This document shows, one piece after another, positions 27,501 to 40,700 of a DNA stretch of 64,000 nucleotides (the first letter of the stretch is position 1; each line of letters opens with the position of its first letter). Below the pieces are notes generated by a model that saw nothing but the letters and a program-made list of their open reading frames with translations, did no database searches and was not told where the DNA came from. This DNA comes from Camelus dromedarius (taxonomy: Eukaryota). The stretch spans positions 32,800,001-32,864,000 of the forward strand of contig NC_087447.1 in assembly GCF_036321535.1 (NCBI RefSeq). Reading direction: 5' to 3'. The translations under genes were made by a program, and so were the position numbers.

Positions 27501-28387
27501 ATAAGCAACCTAGAAGGAAAAATGAGGCAAAATTTATGTTTAATTGATGTGTCTAGTTAATATATAGAGCTTTCATTCCCCTCATATTCTACTCTCCTGA
27601 ATCACAATGCTTTTATACTATTGATAGTTGGAGAATAGCTACATAATTGCTTATCTATTCATCGTTTCTTACCAATTTGTATGTTAGTATCTTTACATGT
27701 GTGGTGGTGCAGACAGTGGTTTATGATCTGCAAGTAGATACATTTGTCAGACACTGCTTTGGTTCATTAATGGACAGCCATTTCACACTGCCTATCATAG
27801 CATGAGATTTAAACACATTCCATCAGGAGATTTATCACATTTTTTAAAATAACTTTTTTCAATTTCTGGATGAAGAAGGTCCTTTAGGCAGTAATTTATC
27901 TCAATAGGACCCCCTAATGGATTAACTGTCAGCACCTTCTAAAGGCCCATGTAATAGTGATCTTTAAAGACAATTTTGTTCATCTTTATATTTCCTTAGC
28001 ACAGTACCTTATGAATAAATTACTTAATTTTTTAATAAGAGTATATCATCAATAATTTTACAGGAAGTAAACCCCTTATTGATAGGATCTGGAAGTAGTT
28101 TAAATTGTGCTACTAAATATCAATAACATTTTGTCATCAATTTAGCACAGATTAAATTTAACCGAAATAGAAAAAAAAAAAAGAAAGAAAGAAAGAAAAT
28201 ACTGAGTTTTATGGTTGTAGTTGTAAAACACCAGTATTTTTGGATGAGTCATCAATGCTAATGGCCCTGCAACAAGGTATGAATATATACAGATTCAATG
28301 GAAACTGATCAATTTTGGAAATTCCTTGGACAAACCATGGAAACATGCATTCTAAAATACACACAAATGTTTAGCCGTCATTTACAC

Positions 28388-28575
28388 CAGGCATTGACAA
28401 ACTTTTTTGTAGAGGGCAAGATGGTGATATTTTTGGTTTTGTGGGTCTTCATTGGAACTATTCAATTCTGCCATTCTTTTCAGCAGTAGAGAGTGTAAAT
28501 GAAAGGGCATGACTTTGTTCCAATGAAATAAGAAGGCTGAATTTGACAAAAGGGACCACAGTTTGCCAACCCCCT
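28388..28575. mobile_element. MER58A-like hAT-Charlie MITE
   Basis: Terminal inverted repeats caggcattgacaaact...agtttgccaacccc, with internal ggcatgactttgttccaatgaaa. Confidence 0.8.
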
Positions 28576-29749
28576 CACCTTACAGTCACTAATGTTTCTT
28601 ACGAATGTCTTTGTTTTTCCAATAAAAAATTGATAGGTATTTTTTAATGGAGGTGTCATAAATACATTCTAAAGGATCATTTTCAAAATCTCCATCCCAA
28701 GATTACATTTAAAATGGAGATTTGTTCTAATTTACCAAAATAGTAGTAGTAGTTGTTAAATGTAGTTTAAACTGCTGTATCATAATATATAGCACATGAG
28801 ACTGACTTCATGTAGTGAATTTTATCATCACAAAAATATTGACGAATATCAATAGATACCAATGATCTGAACTTGTAATCTTTAATAGTTCTATTAATAT
28901 TGGGCATTTGAAATATTTTTAGCATGACTGACTTAACATCTTAGGTCTTTTTTGATGTTTTGATTTTGTGAACAAAAATTCATGAGCCAACTTGACTGAG
29001 AATAATGATGAATTCAGGAGCCTTAGGTGTTACAAACTATTACGATGTAGTTCACTTGAAACTACAACCTAAGTTTGATTTCTCAGCTCAGATATAATGT
29101 CATTTGCACATTTACTCATTCGGTGTAATTCAGTAACTGCCAACTCAAAAATATGGTAGTGACTCAAATGAAGACATCTGGTGTTCTAAAATAACTCCTG
29201 AGCATAAAAGTATCTTTTTAAAAAGTGTATTCTCTACCATATGAGGTTGAATGGTTTAGTGGAAAATATCATTGGGCAGGCATTATGAGACTTGGTTACC
29301 AATCCCAGTGTGCCATAAATCAACTAAATCTGAAAAAATTGGTGGACTGGGTTACAATAATTTACTTTTCTGTAAAGTAGGAATAATACAGTGCTCCTGT
29401 GCTATAACGACAGCTTATATTCATAGACATGGAAGTCCCTTGTAAGTTACCAAATACTGTATAAAACTGATGCAAAGATACTTTCTCTTTCAATGCCAGA
29501 AAAAAGGTTGTAAACGTTGTTGCTTCTAAATTGTGGCTTAAGATTTTGTTTGCAAAGGGGAGAAGGTTCTTTTTAAATTATGTTTGTGGTCTTTAACATA
29601 CCATATTTGCTTTCAGCTGATTTAAGCTAAATGAGTGGGCATCTGGGATGTGTTCAGTAGTTTGAAGTGTAAGTCAGATGCGGTTAGGCTCTACGTACAT
29701 ATATTTATCAATGCATTTCACGGGGATCTAAGTATGCAGTGGATGGGAC

Positions 29750-30190
29750 AAAACCACAACAGGCAACTTTATTTGTAGAATTTGATCCAAAAATCCAGAA
29801 AAAAAATAAATAAAAGTAGCTGAGTCTCTCTTATGTTAGTATACAAAATAAACCAAAAAATACATCAACATTTACCATGAGAGCATTTAAACGTGTTTGC
29901 AAATGATCTGATAAGGGAAACATGTGACTTACAACACGGGAAACTTTTTTTTTTTTTTAACAACCATAGACTTAAATGCACTGCACTGTAGGTCACCTAG
30001 ACTAGGTTAGCAAGAATGAGCAACATGGTAGGTCTGAGAGGCAACCCCCAAACCCCTTCCTTCAATGGATACTTTGGTAATCGTCTGTGGTTTTAAAAAA
30101 AAAAAAAAAAATCAAGTCCTGTTCTTCATCATGTTGGATGGTTTATTTTGTCCATTTGTCTCTCGCAGTGATGAGTCCATTTAAAATACT
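29750..30190 (-). other. NELL1: NELL1 3' UTR (proximal end approximate; may extend further, to about 29550)
   Basis: Follows the stop codon, is repeat-free and U-rich on the sense strand, and ends near an AATAAA signal. Confidence 0.8.
29768..29773 (-). terminator. Polyadenylation signal AATAAA of NELL1
   Basis: tttatt on the + strand, about 420 nt after the stop codon. Followed on the sense strand by GU-rich gttgcctgttgtggttttgt. Confidence 0.8.
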
Positions 30191-30241
30191 TCAGTTATTG
30201 TGAAGACACTCCAGATCCACAGAACAGCAGACACTTCCATT
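30191..30241 (-). CDS. NELL1: NELL1 terminal coding exon portion (NGSVCCSVDLECLHNN*)
   Basis: Acceptor gacgcacag with upstream branch-like ctaat, then 16 codons and TGA. Resembles the NELL1 C-terminus. Confidence 0.95.
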   Translation of the reverse strand, partial: NGSVCCSVDLECLHNN

Positions 30242-31721
30242 CTGTGCGTCAAGACACAAGCATTAGCCAGTGAGACACAGTCTATAAACTGATAGGCAGT
30301 GTGCACTTTTACATTCAAAATGACCACCTACATTTTGAGACCATGAATGCTATAAAAAAAAATTACTAGAAAATGCCAGAGAAGGAGTGGAAAGAGAGGA
30401 AAGGCTTATGCGACCCTTGAAGGTCCCTCTTGTTGGGTTCTGCTGGCAGTGCAACTTCATACACCCATCTGAGCTCAAACCATGTTTTAGACTCCTCCCC
30501 CATATTTCCCATTTGTTCACACAACTTATTCACTGGACCTATTCTAAAGGAGATTCTTTCCAAAAGTAAACCCCCGAAAGATAATTTGCCATTAATAATG
30601 CTAATCAAAAGTGCCACAAGAACCTGAAGGCATCTCCAAAATGGCTTCCAGAAAGGTGGGCATATTAGGGATAAAATCTAGAGTCTCTCTTGGTTACTAT
30701 GAAGGGGATAGTACCTATCAATTACTGGAAATTCATGAAAAAATCAGTTACATGTATTAACATAAATATACCTTTGTAATCCTCCTAACTGAATCTCAAA
30801 CCTGACCTCAAAGAAATAATGCTAAATAACATAGGTCTCCCTGTCTCCTGCTCATTCGGTTTGCTGGGGCTGAAGGTATAATGGGATGTTTGTGAAGGTA
30901 TAATGTGAAGTTTGATGTCCTTTCCCTATTGGGGCTGCATCTTAAGATGGTACTTTTCAGGAAAGAGAAAGGAATCCACATTTATTAAAGCATAAAAATA
31001 CAAGTGGGGGAACCTTCCATTGGTGGCTGAAGCTGAGCCAGGATTTGACACAATCCAAAAGACTGGTATTTTTAACATGCTTAATCATGGGCATCTTAAA
31101 CAGATGTTTTGCCACAGATTTGACCCTGCCTAGCCCTTGCTTCAAGTCAGCTACCAGCTTTGAAGAAGGAAGGGGTCAGTTTTTAATTTTGAAGACATAT
31201 GAGGGTGCCTCATGGGTGCTCCTCCAAAAAGATGGGAAAATAATCACAATTAATTAAATCTTGAAGCAGCAAGAGCTTGAAGTCTCCGCATAAGGTGCTG
31301 TGATAATTAAGCAAAGCAAACAACTTCATAGATTCATAGAGCACTTTTTTTCTGACATTGACAGTTTCATGTAAGAGCATATAAACATTTCCAGGATGAA
31401 AAAAAAATCTTTTTTTCTTTTTTAATATGCAGGTCAAAATGGCTTAAATCAGCCATAATTGGGCCTACTGTCACTTGTCTAAATTCTGTAGTTTAAAGGT
31501 GAGAGAGGCTATTCTATTCATGTTCATTTGGAATTTGCCTTTATACATGGCACAGCTACCATCCACTCAGACAGATTAATCTCCAGTGAGAAGAGATCAC
31601 CTGCCTGTGCTTCCTCCGTGCCCCTGGGAGCCCGTGCCTTCAGAAACATCAGGAGTGGGCCTCCTGCAGCTGTTCTCTGGCATTTGTTCAAGGCCTGCTT
31701 ACCCTCAGGACACCCAATTAC

Positions 31722-31946
31722 CTTGCATTTGCAGGTTGTGCAGGGAGATCCGGTCATTGTCCACACTGAGCCACTAAGCCTCGAAAGGCCATAGCTGTCC
31801 AGGCAAGTTTTTCTGATGTCATAGGCGATGTTATCAGCCAGGCATGGGTCACTGACACAGCGGGGACAACACTCCCCTTCCAAGATGGTTGTGTACTCAC
31901 AGCCCAAACTGGGGCAAGTGAGTGGCCAGCAATCCACCTCTCCTTC
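31722..31946 (-). CDS. NELL1: NELL1 penultimate coding exon (225 nt, VWC domains)
   Basis: Translates as EGEVDCWPLTCPSLGCEYTTILEGECCPRCVSDPCLADNIAYDIRKTCLDSYGLSRLSGSVWTMTGSPCTTCKCK, within ORF 31524..32042. Acceptor ctctccacag, donor gtaatt, phase 0/0, in frame with both neighbouring exons. Confidence 0.97.
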
Positions 31947-33574
31947 CTGTGGAGAGAAAGCCAAAAACGTCTCATCATTGTCCTTCTGCGCAGTTCTGTT
32001 GCTGACGTCCCAGAGGGGGAAATTCTCAGTAATTCCAACCAATGTCCTGACCTCCTGTTGAGCGTTGTCGTTGTGGGTTTGATGTGCTTTCTCCTTGAAG
32101 GGCTACTGCAGATATCACCTCCTCCAGGGTGCTTTTGTTGACCTTCTATACTGCAGCCCCAGGGAGATTTAGGTCCCGTCTCTGTGTACCAATGGCAGCC
32201 CACAATTATTTTTATCATGATACTTATGATCCTTATCATACTTATCAGCACAATTCCAGATTAAGTCATGAGCATTCAGGCTTTGGGCTTGCTCCTTTAT
32301 CTCCCTGATGCTTAGCACAGTTTTGGTCAATAAATGCTAATCAAATGAACAAACATGGTAAAGTACTGGGCTGGGGTATAAAGAGAAGTTTCTCTTAAGG
32401 TCAAAGGGGAACCTGAACCACTGTATTATTTCAACATCATGTACTTCGTTGTTTATGTTGTATTTAAAATTGAGCTTGGATACTATCAGGAGAACCGTTT
32501 CAGAATGGTTTTGAATGTAACGTGTGGCTAGTGACAGATCACAGATGTGTAGTACAGTGTAACAGCTCAGAGGGCGTCTCCACGTATTCCAGAGTCTTGC
32601 ACCTGTGGCTCCATTGGGCTGCCTGTCGTAGGCAGATCTGTTTCCCAATGCAGCCTCTTCTGTTATCATGACACTCATTATAATTTATGCAAACTCATGT
32701 CTAATTATTCAGTCAGCTTCACCTTAGACCATGTCTGTCATGCTCACCATTATATTTTCCAGAGCCTGGCACGTGCAAACTCTTGATAAATATTTATTAA
32801 ATATAACCTACAGTAACATTCTCAAATCGTTATTAAGCTGTGTGTTCAACAGCTTCAGTTTTCCCAGGAAATATTAACCTTAAGGACTCGGGGTAGGAGA
32901 GGATACTCTTTTAAAATTCTATGAAAATTTCCTGTCTAAAACTAATACCAATTCTTCTGAGTGCCTGATGATTGGCTTTGTGAAAGAGAAATGCAATTTA
33001 CCAGACTGATGGGGAAGCTAATTCTATAGTTGTGTTGGATTTGTCTGTGCTTGGATGGGAAATGTAAAAAATGGCTATGATTTGAACATATCTGAGTTAC
33101 AGTATTAGGGGTGATTAAGAAGGATTTATTCTATTAAGATTATCTGCACATTCACCAGCTGATTTTTAGAAAATCCAATAGAAGTTTATAGCACAAGTTC
33201 TCTGAGTGCCTGTTTTTATACAGTATCCACAGACCGAATCATTCATTTCAGCAACTGTTAAACTATGGAACACAACTACCCGTTTCCATTATAAATTGGC
33301 TTAGTTATGACTTAACTCCACTGGCTGTGAGTTCCTCCCATATGGAACATCATATTCACTATGACAATGTGTCTTAACAGTCTGTGTAATATTAGAAATA
33401 TTTGTGGTATAATTTAAAACAAATTATCTGGTCCAGAAATGAAACTTTTCCTCTGGACTTTCTCAAATATGATTATACTATCAGTACCCCTATATTAAGA
33501 TCCAAAATAACTTCATTTTTTCTATATAAAGGCTTAGCATAGCACCTGAAAAAATTTTTTCAATCGAGGACACA

Positions 33575-33830
33575 GTAACAATAGTAACCACTGTGCACTA
33601 AGTACCGTCTATGTGTCAAGTACTAGCTGTGCCTTTCACATGTATCTCTAATCTTCATAATAGTGCTACAGAATTGGTGTTCATCCACTTGTGTACACTG
33701 AAGGAAAGAATGATCAGTGAAATGCTAGGACCTGCCCAAGTTAATCACACAGAACATGTGGGAGAAACAGGATTGAATTCTGGGTCTGTATGACCCTAGA
33801 ATCAGTATCAATCCCTGATATTTCCACTCT
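33575..33830 (-). mobile_element. MIR SINE in a NELL1 intron
   Basis: ctatgtgtcaag...tctaatcttcataa...cctgcccaagttaatcacacag...ggattgaattctgggtctgt. Confidence 0.7.
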
Positions 33831-34215
33831 GTCCTGTTCTCTCTCATACTGAAACCTTCAGTGGTAATGTCCCAAGAAATGAAAGATTTGGCTCTATAAG
33901 AACTACAAGTCCCAGTCAAGGCTTTGAAAACTATCATGGAAGGGTTGTATTGCTCTGGATTTGCTAAAAAGTAGCAGTTGTAAATGAACTTGGGCCAAAT
34001 CTGTGCCATAAATATGTTGTTTCTGTCTTGCATGGTGTTTTAAATAGTAGAATCCAAATGTCTTCTGGAAGAGCATATGCCCTGTTGTTAGTCACAAGAC
34101 CCACAGATCCCTGCACAGCATCACAAATAGCAGGAAACGAGGGCCCACAGGCAACTGAGTTTGTAACCACCCCCCTCAGATTAGGGATAGCACCCTTTAA
34201 AGGAAGCGGACATAC

Positions 34216-34392
34216 CAGACACCGGCACTGCTGACAGCCGTGAGTCCAATTGTCTCCGCTTCGATAAAGCTTGTGTCCATTCTGATCTAAACATTGACTT
34301 GTGACCCTGGTGTCACACTCTGGGCAACAGAAAAGGTCAACGCTTGGATTCTGGCAATCACAAGCTGTCCGTCGGCAGAATATCTTCCCATC
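34216..34392 (-). CDS. NELL1: NELL1 internal coding exon, third from last (177 nt, VWC domain sequence)
   Basis: Translates as DGKIFCRRTACDCQNPSVDLFCCPECDTRVTSQCLDQNGHKLYRSGDNWTHGCQQCRCL. Flanked by acceptor ttctaaacag and donor gtatgt, phase 0/0. Matches the NELL1 C-terminal VWC region as I recall it. Confidence 0.96.
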
Positions 34393-34794
34393 CTGTTTAG
34401 AAATGAGGTTAAAGAAGTTTCATCATTAGGGAAATAATAAGATAGCTGCACTATGAAAACTGAACCTTATAAGCACTTAACAGAGAACATAGGAAAGATT
34501 TTTTAGAGGCACTGTACTCCCTTGGCCACCTCTCAAGTAAAAAATGTAGACATGTCTAAGTTTAAAAAAGAAGTTGATGTGTTCTGTGAAACTTTCTAAA
34601 TGTTTCATTAAAAACCATATTTCTAAGTAAAATTATAACTAAGCAGCCAAAAATGCATAAAAGATCAAGAACTTACTTGAGTGGAAAATCAAGCTATTGC
34701 ACTTTTCCCAGTTCACAGTGATATCACCTACCACATTGAAATACATTCATCTATTTTATCTCTATCTCAACTCAATGTCTGATTATACTCTTTT

Positions 34795-37700
34795 TAAAAA
34801 TTAAAAAAAAAATTTTTATTGAAGTACCATCAGTTACAATGTGTCAATTTCTGGTGTACAGCACAATATCCCAGTCATGCATATGCATACATATATATTG
34901 GTTTTCATATTCTTCATTAAAGATTATCACAAGACATTGAACATAGTTCCTTGTGCTGTAAAGCAGAACATTTTTAATCTATTTTTATATATAGTGGCTA
35001 ACATTTGAAAATTTCAAAATCCCAAATTTATCCCTTCCCATTCCCTTTCCCCAGCAACCAAAAGATTGTTCATTATGTCTGCAAGTCTGTTTCTGTTTTG
35101 CAGATGAGTTCATAGTGTTATTATTTTTCTTCTTTTTTGATTTCCATGTATGAGTGATATCATGTGGTATTTGTCTTTCTCTTTCTTCTGGCTTACTTGG
35201 AATGATGATCTTTAGGTCCATTCATGTTGCTGCAAATGGCATTATTTTATTATCTTATGGCTGAGTATTATTCTATTATGTAAATATACCACAACTTCTT
35301 TATTCAGTCATCTGTCGATGGACATTTAGGTTGCTTCCATGTCTTGGCTATTGTAAATAGTGCTGCTATGGATATTGGGGTGCATGTATCTTTTTGAATA
35401 AAGGTTCCCTCTGGATATATGCCCAGGGGTGGGATCACATGGTAAGCCTATTTTTAGTCTTTTGAGGAATCTCCATACTCCATAATGCTGCACCAAACTA
35501 CATTCCCACCAACAGTGTAGGAGGGTTCCCTTTTCTTCACAGCCACTCCAGCATTTGTTTGTGGACTTTTGAATGATGGCCATTCTTACTAGTGTGAGGT
35601 ACCTCATGGTAGTTTTAATTTGCATTTCTTTGATAATTAGCAATATTGAGCATTTTTTCATGTGCCTATTGGCCGCTTGTATGTCTTCATTGGAGAATTG
35701 CTTGTTTATGTCTTCTGCCCATTTTTGAATTGATTTGTGTGTGTTTTTTTGAAGTTGTACGAGCTGTTTATATATTCTGGAAAATAAGCCCTTGTTACTC
35801 TCATCTTTTGCAAATATTTTCTCCTATTAGGCTGTCTTTTTGTTTTGCTTATGGTTTCCTTTGCTCTGCAAAAGCTTATAAGTTTAATTAGGTCCCATTT
35901 ATTTTTATTTTTATTTCTATTGCCTAGGTAGATTGCCCTAGCAGAACACTGCTGAGATTTATGTTGGATACTGTTTTTCCTACATTTTCTTCTAAGAGGT
36001 TTATAGTGCCTTGTCTTATGTTTAAGTCTTTAAGCCATTCTGAGTTTATTTTTGTGTATGATGTGAAGGAGTATTCTAACTTCATTGATTTACAAGCAAC
36101 TGTCCAGGTTTCCAAAACCATTTGCTGAAGAGACTATCTTTACACTATTGTATGTTCTTGCCTCGTTTGTCAAAGATTAATTGACTAAAAGTTTGTGGGT
36201 TCATTTCTGGGCTCTCTATTCTGTTCCATTGATCCATATGTCTGGTTTTTGCCAACACCATGCTGTGTTGATTACTGTAGTTCTGTGGTATTGTCTGAAG
36301 TTTGGGAGGGTTATTCCTCCAACTTCATTCTTTTTCTTCAGTAATGCTTTGGCAAATCTCGGTCTTTCCTGATTCCACATAAATTTTATGATTGTTTTCA
36401 TCTAGGTCTGTGAAAAATGTCCTGGGTAATTTGATAGGGATCACATTAAACCTATAGATTGCTTTGGGTAGTATGGCCATTTTAATAATATTAATTCTTC
36501 CAATCCAAGAACATGGGATATCTTTCCATTTCTTTAAGTCATCTTTAATTTCCTTAGTCAATGTTTTATAGTTCTCCACATATAAATCTTTCACTTCCTT
36601 GGTCAGATTTATTCCTAGTATTTTATTCTTTGGATGCAATTTTAAAAGGTGTTGTTTCTTTACTTTCCTTTTCTGATATATTCATTAGTGTAAAGAAATG
36701 CCACTGACTACTGTATGTTAATCTTATATCCTGCTACCTGGACAAATTTTTATTAGCTCTAGTAGTTTTTATGTGGAGTCTTTAGGGTTTTCTATATTTA
36801 GTATCATGTCATCTGCATATAATGACAATTTTACCTCTTCTCTTCCAATTTGGATCCCTTTTATATATTTTTCTTGTCTAATTGCTATGGCTAGGACTTC
36901 CAATATTAACATTGAATAAAAGTGATGAGAATGGGCATCCTTGTCTTGTTGCAGGTTTTAGTGGAAAGGCTTTCAGCTTTTCACCACTGTGAGTGTTATG
37001 CTGGCTGTAGGTTTGTTATAAATAGCTTTCATTATGTTGAGATATGCTCCCTCTATACCCACTTTGATAAGAGTTTTTTTTTATCATAAATGGGTGTTGA
37101 ATTTTATCAAATGCTTTTTCTGCATCTATTGAGATGATCATGTGATTTTTGTCCTTTCTCTTATTGATATGGTGTATCACATTGATTGATTTGCATATGT
37201 TGAACCATCCTTGTGTCCCTGGGATGAACCCAACTTGATCATGATGTATATAATCTTTTTTATGTGTTGTTGGATTCTGTTTACTAATATTTTGTTGAGA
37301 ATTTTTGTATCTATATTCATCAATGATATTGGCCCATAGCTTTATTTTTTGGTACTGTGTTTGTCTGGCTTTATCATCAGGGTGACGGTGGTTTCATAGA
37401 ATGAGTTTGGGAGTACTCCGTCCTCTTCAATCTTTTGGAAGAGTTTGAGAAGGATTGGTATGAGCTCTTCTTTGTATGTTTGGCAGAAGTCCCCAGTGAA
37501 GCCATATGGTTTTTTATTGCTGATTCTATTTAACTTCAAGTGATTGGTCTGTTCAAATGATCTATTTCTTCTTGATTCAGTTTTGGTGGATGGTATATTT
37601 CTAGAAACTTGTCCATTTCTTCTAAGTTGTCCAATTTATTGCCATATAGTTGCTCATAGCGTTCTCTTATGATTTTTTTTGTATATCTATGGTGTTGGTT

Positions 37701-40700
37701 GTAATCTTTCCATTTTCATTTCTTGTTTTGTTTATTTGTGTACTCTCTCTTTTCTTCTTGGTGAGCCTGGCCAGAGATTTGTTAATTTTGTTTATCTTTG
37801 GAAAAAAAAAAAAAAACCAGCTGTTGGTTTGATTGATTTTTTTTCTGTTTTTTAAAAATCTCTATTTTATTTATTTCCTCCCTGATCTTTATGATTTCTT
37901 TCTGCTGATTTTAGGTTTTGTTTGTTCTTCTTTTTCTAATTCTTTTGGGTGGGAGGTTAGATTGTTTATTTGAGATTGTTCTTCTTTTTTGAGGAAGGCC
38001 TGTATCACTATGAACTTCCCTCTTAGGATTGCTTTTGCTGCATAGATTTTGTGTGGTTGTGTTTTCACTGTCGTTTGTCTCAAGGTATTTTTGAATTTCT
38101 TCTTTGATTTCATCGCTGATCCACTGGTTGTATAGTAGCATGTTGTTTAGTCTCCATGCTGGTTTTTTTTTTTCCTCATTTGTTTTTCTGTGGTTGATTT
38201 CTAGTTTAATGACATTGTGGTCAGAGAAGAAAGATACTTGGAATAATTTCTATCCTCTTAAATTTGCTGAGGCTTCTTCTATGCCCAAGTATGTGGTCTA
38301 GCCTAGAGAATATTCCATGAGCACTTGAAAAGAATGTATATTCTGTTTTGGGGGGATGTAATGTCCTAAAAATATCAACAAAGTCCAACTATTTGATTGT
38401 ATCATTTAGTATTTTCATTGCCTTATTGATTTTCTGTCTGGAAGACCTTATCCAATGATGTTAGTGGGGTGTTAAAGTCTCCTACTATTATTGTATTCCC
38501 ATCAATATCTTCCTTTATGTCTGTTAGTATTTCATATATTTAGGTGCTCCTATACTGAGTGTATATATGCTATCAAGTATAATATCTTCACCCTGTATTG
38601 CTCCTTTGATAATTATATACTGTCCTTATCTCTCTTTATAGCCTTTGTTTTAAAGTCTGTTTTGTCTGATGTGAGTATTGCTACTCCTGCTTTCTTGTCA
38701 TTTGCATGAAATATCTTTTTCCATCCTCTTACTTTCAATCTATGTGTGTCCTTCACTCTAAAGTGGGTCTTTTGTAAGCAGCATACAGTAGGTTTTTGTT
38801 TTATTATCCAATCTACCACTGTTTTTTTATATTTAGTTTTTTTTTTTGAGAGGGAGCATAAATAGGTTTATGTGTTTTTAGAGGAGGTACTGGGGATTGA
38901 ACCCAGGACCTCCTGCATGCTAAGCATGCAGTCCATCACTTGAGCTATACACTCCCCTCAACTCTGTCTTTTGATTGGAGCATTTAGTCCATTGAAATTT
39001 ATAGTAATTATTGATAGATGTGTGTTTGCTGCCATTTTGAACTTTGTTTTCCAGTTGATGTGGTATTTCTTCTTTGTTCCTTTCTTTTCCTTTTTGTTTT
39101 TCGATAATTTTCTTTTGTTATTAGCTTGGTTTCTTTTTGGTTTTTGTGACTCTACTGTATGCTTTTGATTTGTGGTTACCCTGTTTTTCAAGTATGTTAA
39201 CCCCTTAATATATCTGTTTGCTTTAGACTGATAGTCATATAGGTCAAACACATCCTAAAAAGAAGGGGAGGAAAAAAAAGAGAAATCTATATTTTCTTGC
39301 TCCCCTCCCCCACCCTTTAGGAGTTTGATATCCTTTATTTTTATTTATTTATTTAACATCTTCATGTTTGTTCTCTTGCAACTCATTGTAGTTACCACAT
39401 TTCCAATTATGGTTTTCTTATTTTTATAGCTTCCTGTTTCTTTTTCATTTAGAGTAGACTGTTCAATATTTCTTTTAGTTTAAGTTTAGTATTGCTGAAT
39501 TCTTTTAGTTTCTTTCTCTCCCACTCTAAAAGGTAGTTTGCTGGATAGAGTATCCTAGGTTGCAGCTTTTTCTCATTCAGGACTTTAAATATATCTTGCC
39601 ATTCCCTTCTGGCCAGAAGTGTTTGTGTGAGAAATCAGCTGAAAGCCTCATGGGGATTCCCTTGTAACTAATTCTTTTTTTCTTTTTTTTCCTCTTGCTG
39701 CCTTTAGAATCATTTCTTTATCTTTAAATTGGCCATCTTAATTATAATATGTCTTGGTGTAGGTCTGTTTGAGTTCTTATTTGGGACCCTCTGTGCCTCC
39801 TGTACTTGGATACTGTAGCCTTCTTTAGGTTTGGAAAATGTTCAGTCATGATTTCTTGAAATACCTTTTGAATCCCTTTTTCTCTTTCTTGTCTTTCTGG
39901 GACCCCTATTATGTGTAGGTTGGCATGCTTTATATTATCCCCTAGGTCCTTACATTGCCCTCATTGGTTTTTACTTGCTTTTCTGTCTGCTATCCTGATT
40001 GGGTGACTTTTGTAACCCTGTCTTCTAAGTCATTTGTTTCTCTGCATTACCTAGTTTGCTTTTGACTGCCTTTAGCTTGGCTCTTATCTCAGCAATTGAG
40101 TTTTCTGTTTTTAATTGGCTCTTCTTTAAGTTTCAATTTCCCTTTTAAAATATTCTCTGTCTCTATTCACAGTCTCTTAGTTCCTTCAGTGCTTTGGTCT
40201 CTCCCTTTTTGAAGTCATGATCTAGTAGACTATTGAGGTCTGCTTTATTGATCATTCTTTCAGGGTATGTCTCTTTTTCTTTTAATTGGGAGTAGTTCCT
40301 CTGTTTCTTCATTTTAGTTGTATTTCTCTGGATCTGTGGATTTAGGAGTATCAGTTATCTACTGTGGTCTTGAGGGGCTATTTTATTTTTTGTTTGTTTT
40401 TACTTAAAGTGGGAGCATTTCTGTGTAGACTGTGTGCATCTGGTAATTCTGTTGCAATGGCTGCTCTTAGTATGGATGGTTGCCACATCTTTCTTCCGTG
40501 AGTGTTGGCTGTTATCCTTTTCACTGGGGGTGTGGTAGGTGTTGTGTTCAAAGCCTGCCCTGATTGTTGTTGTTGAGCCAGGCCTCCTTTTTTGTTCTGT
40601 GGTTGTCACAGCCTTGACAGGTGCCTGGTCCTCTCCCCTGTTGCTGAAATAGAGGCTTCTAGACTCATTTCTGGGCTGTGGTGTGTAGTAGGCAGAGTTG

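Noticed and set aside
30871..30905. 13-bp direct repeat tgaaggtataatg
   Set aside because: A small local duplication in intron sequence with no insert hallmarks or functional evidence.
31524..32042. 172-aa ORF as a standalone gene
   Set aside because: Only 31722-31946 is NELL1 exon with canonical splice sites. The flanking residues are intron read-through.
38885..38955. tRNA gene
   Set aside because: The A and B boxes belong to a SINE head followed by an A-rich tail. I could not see a complete cloverleaf.
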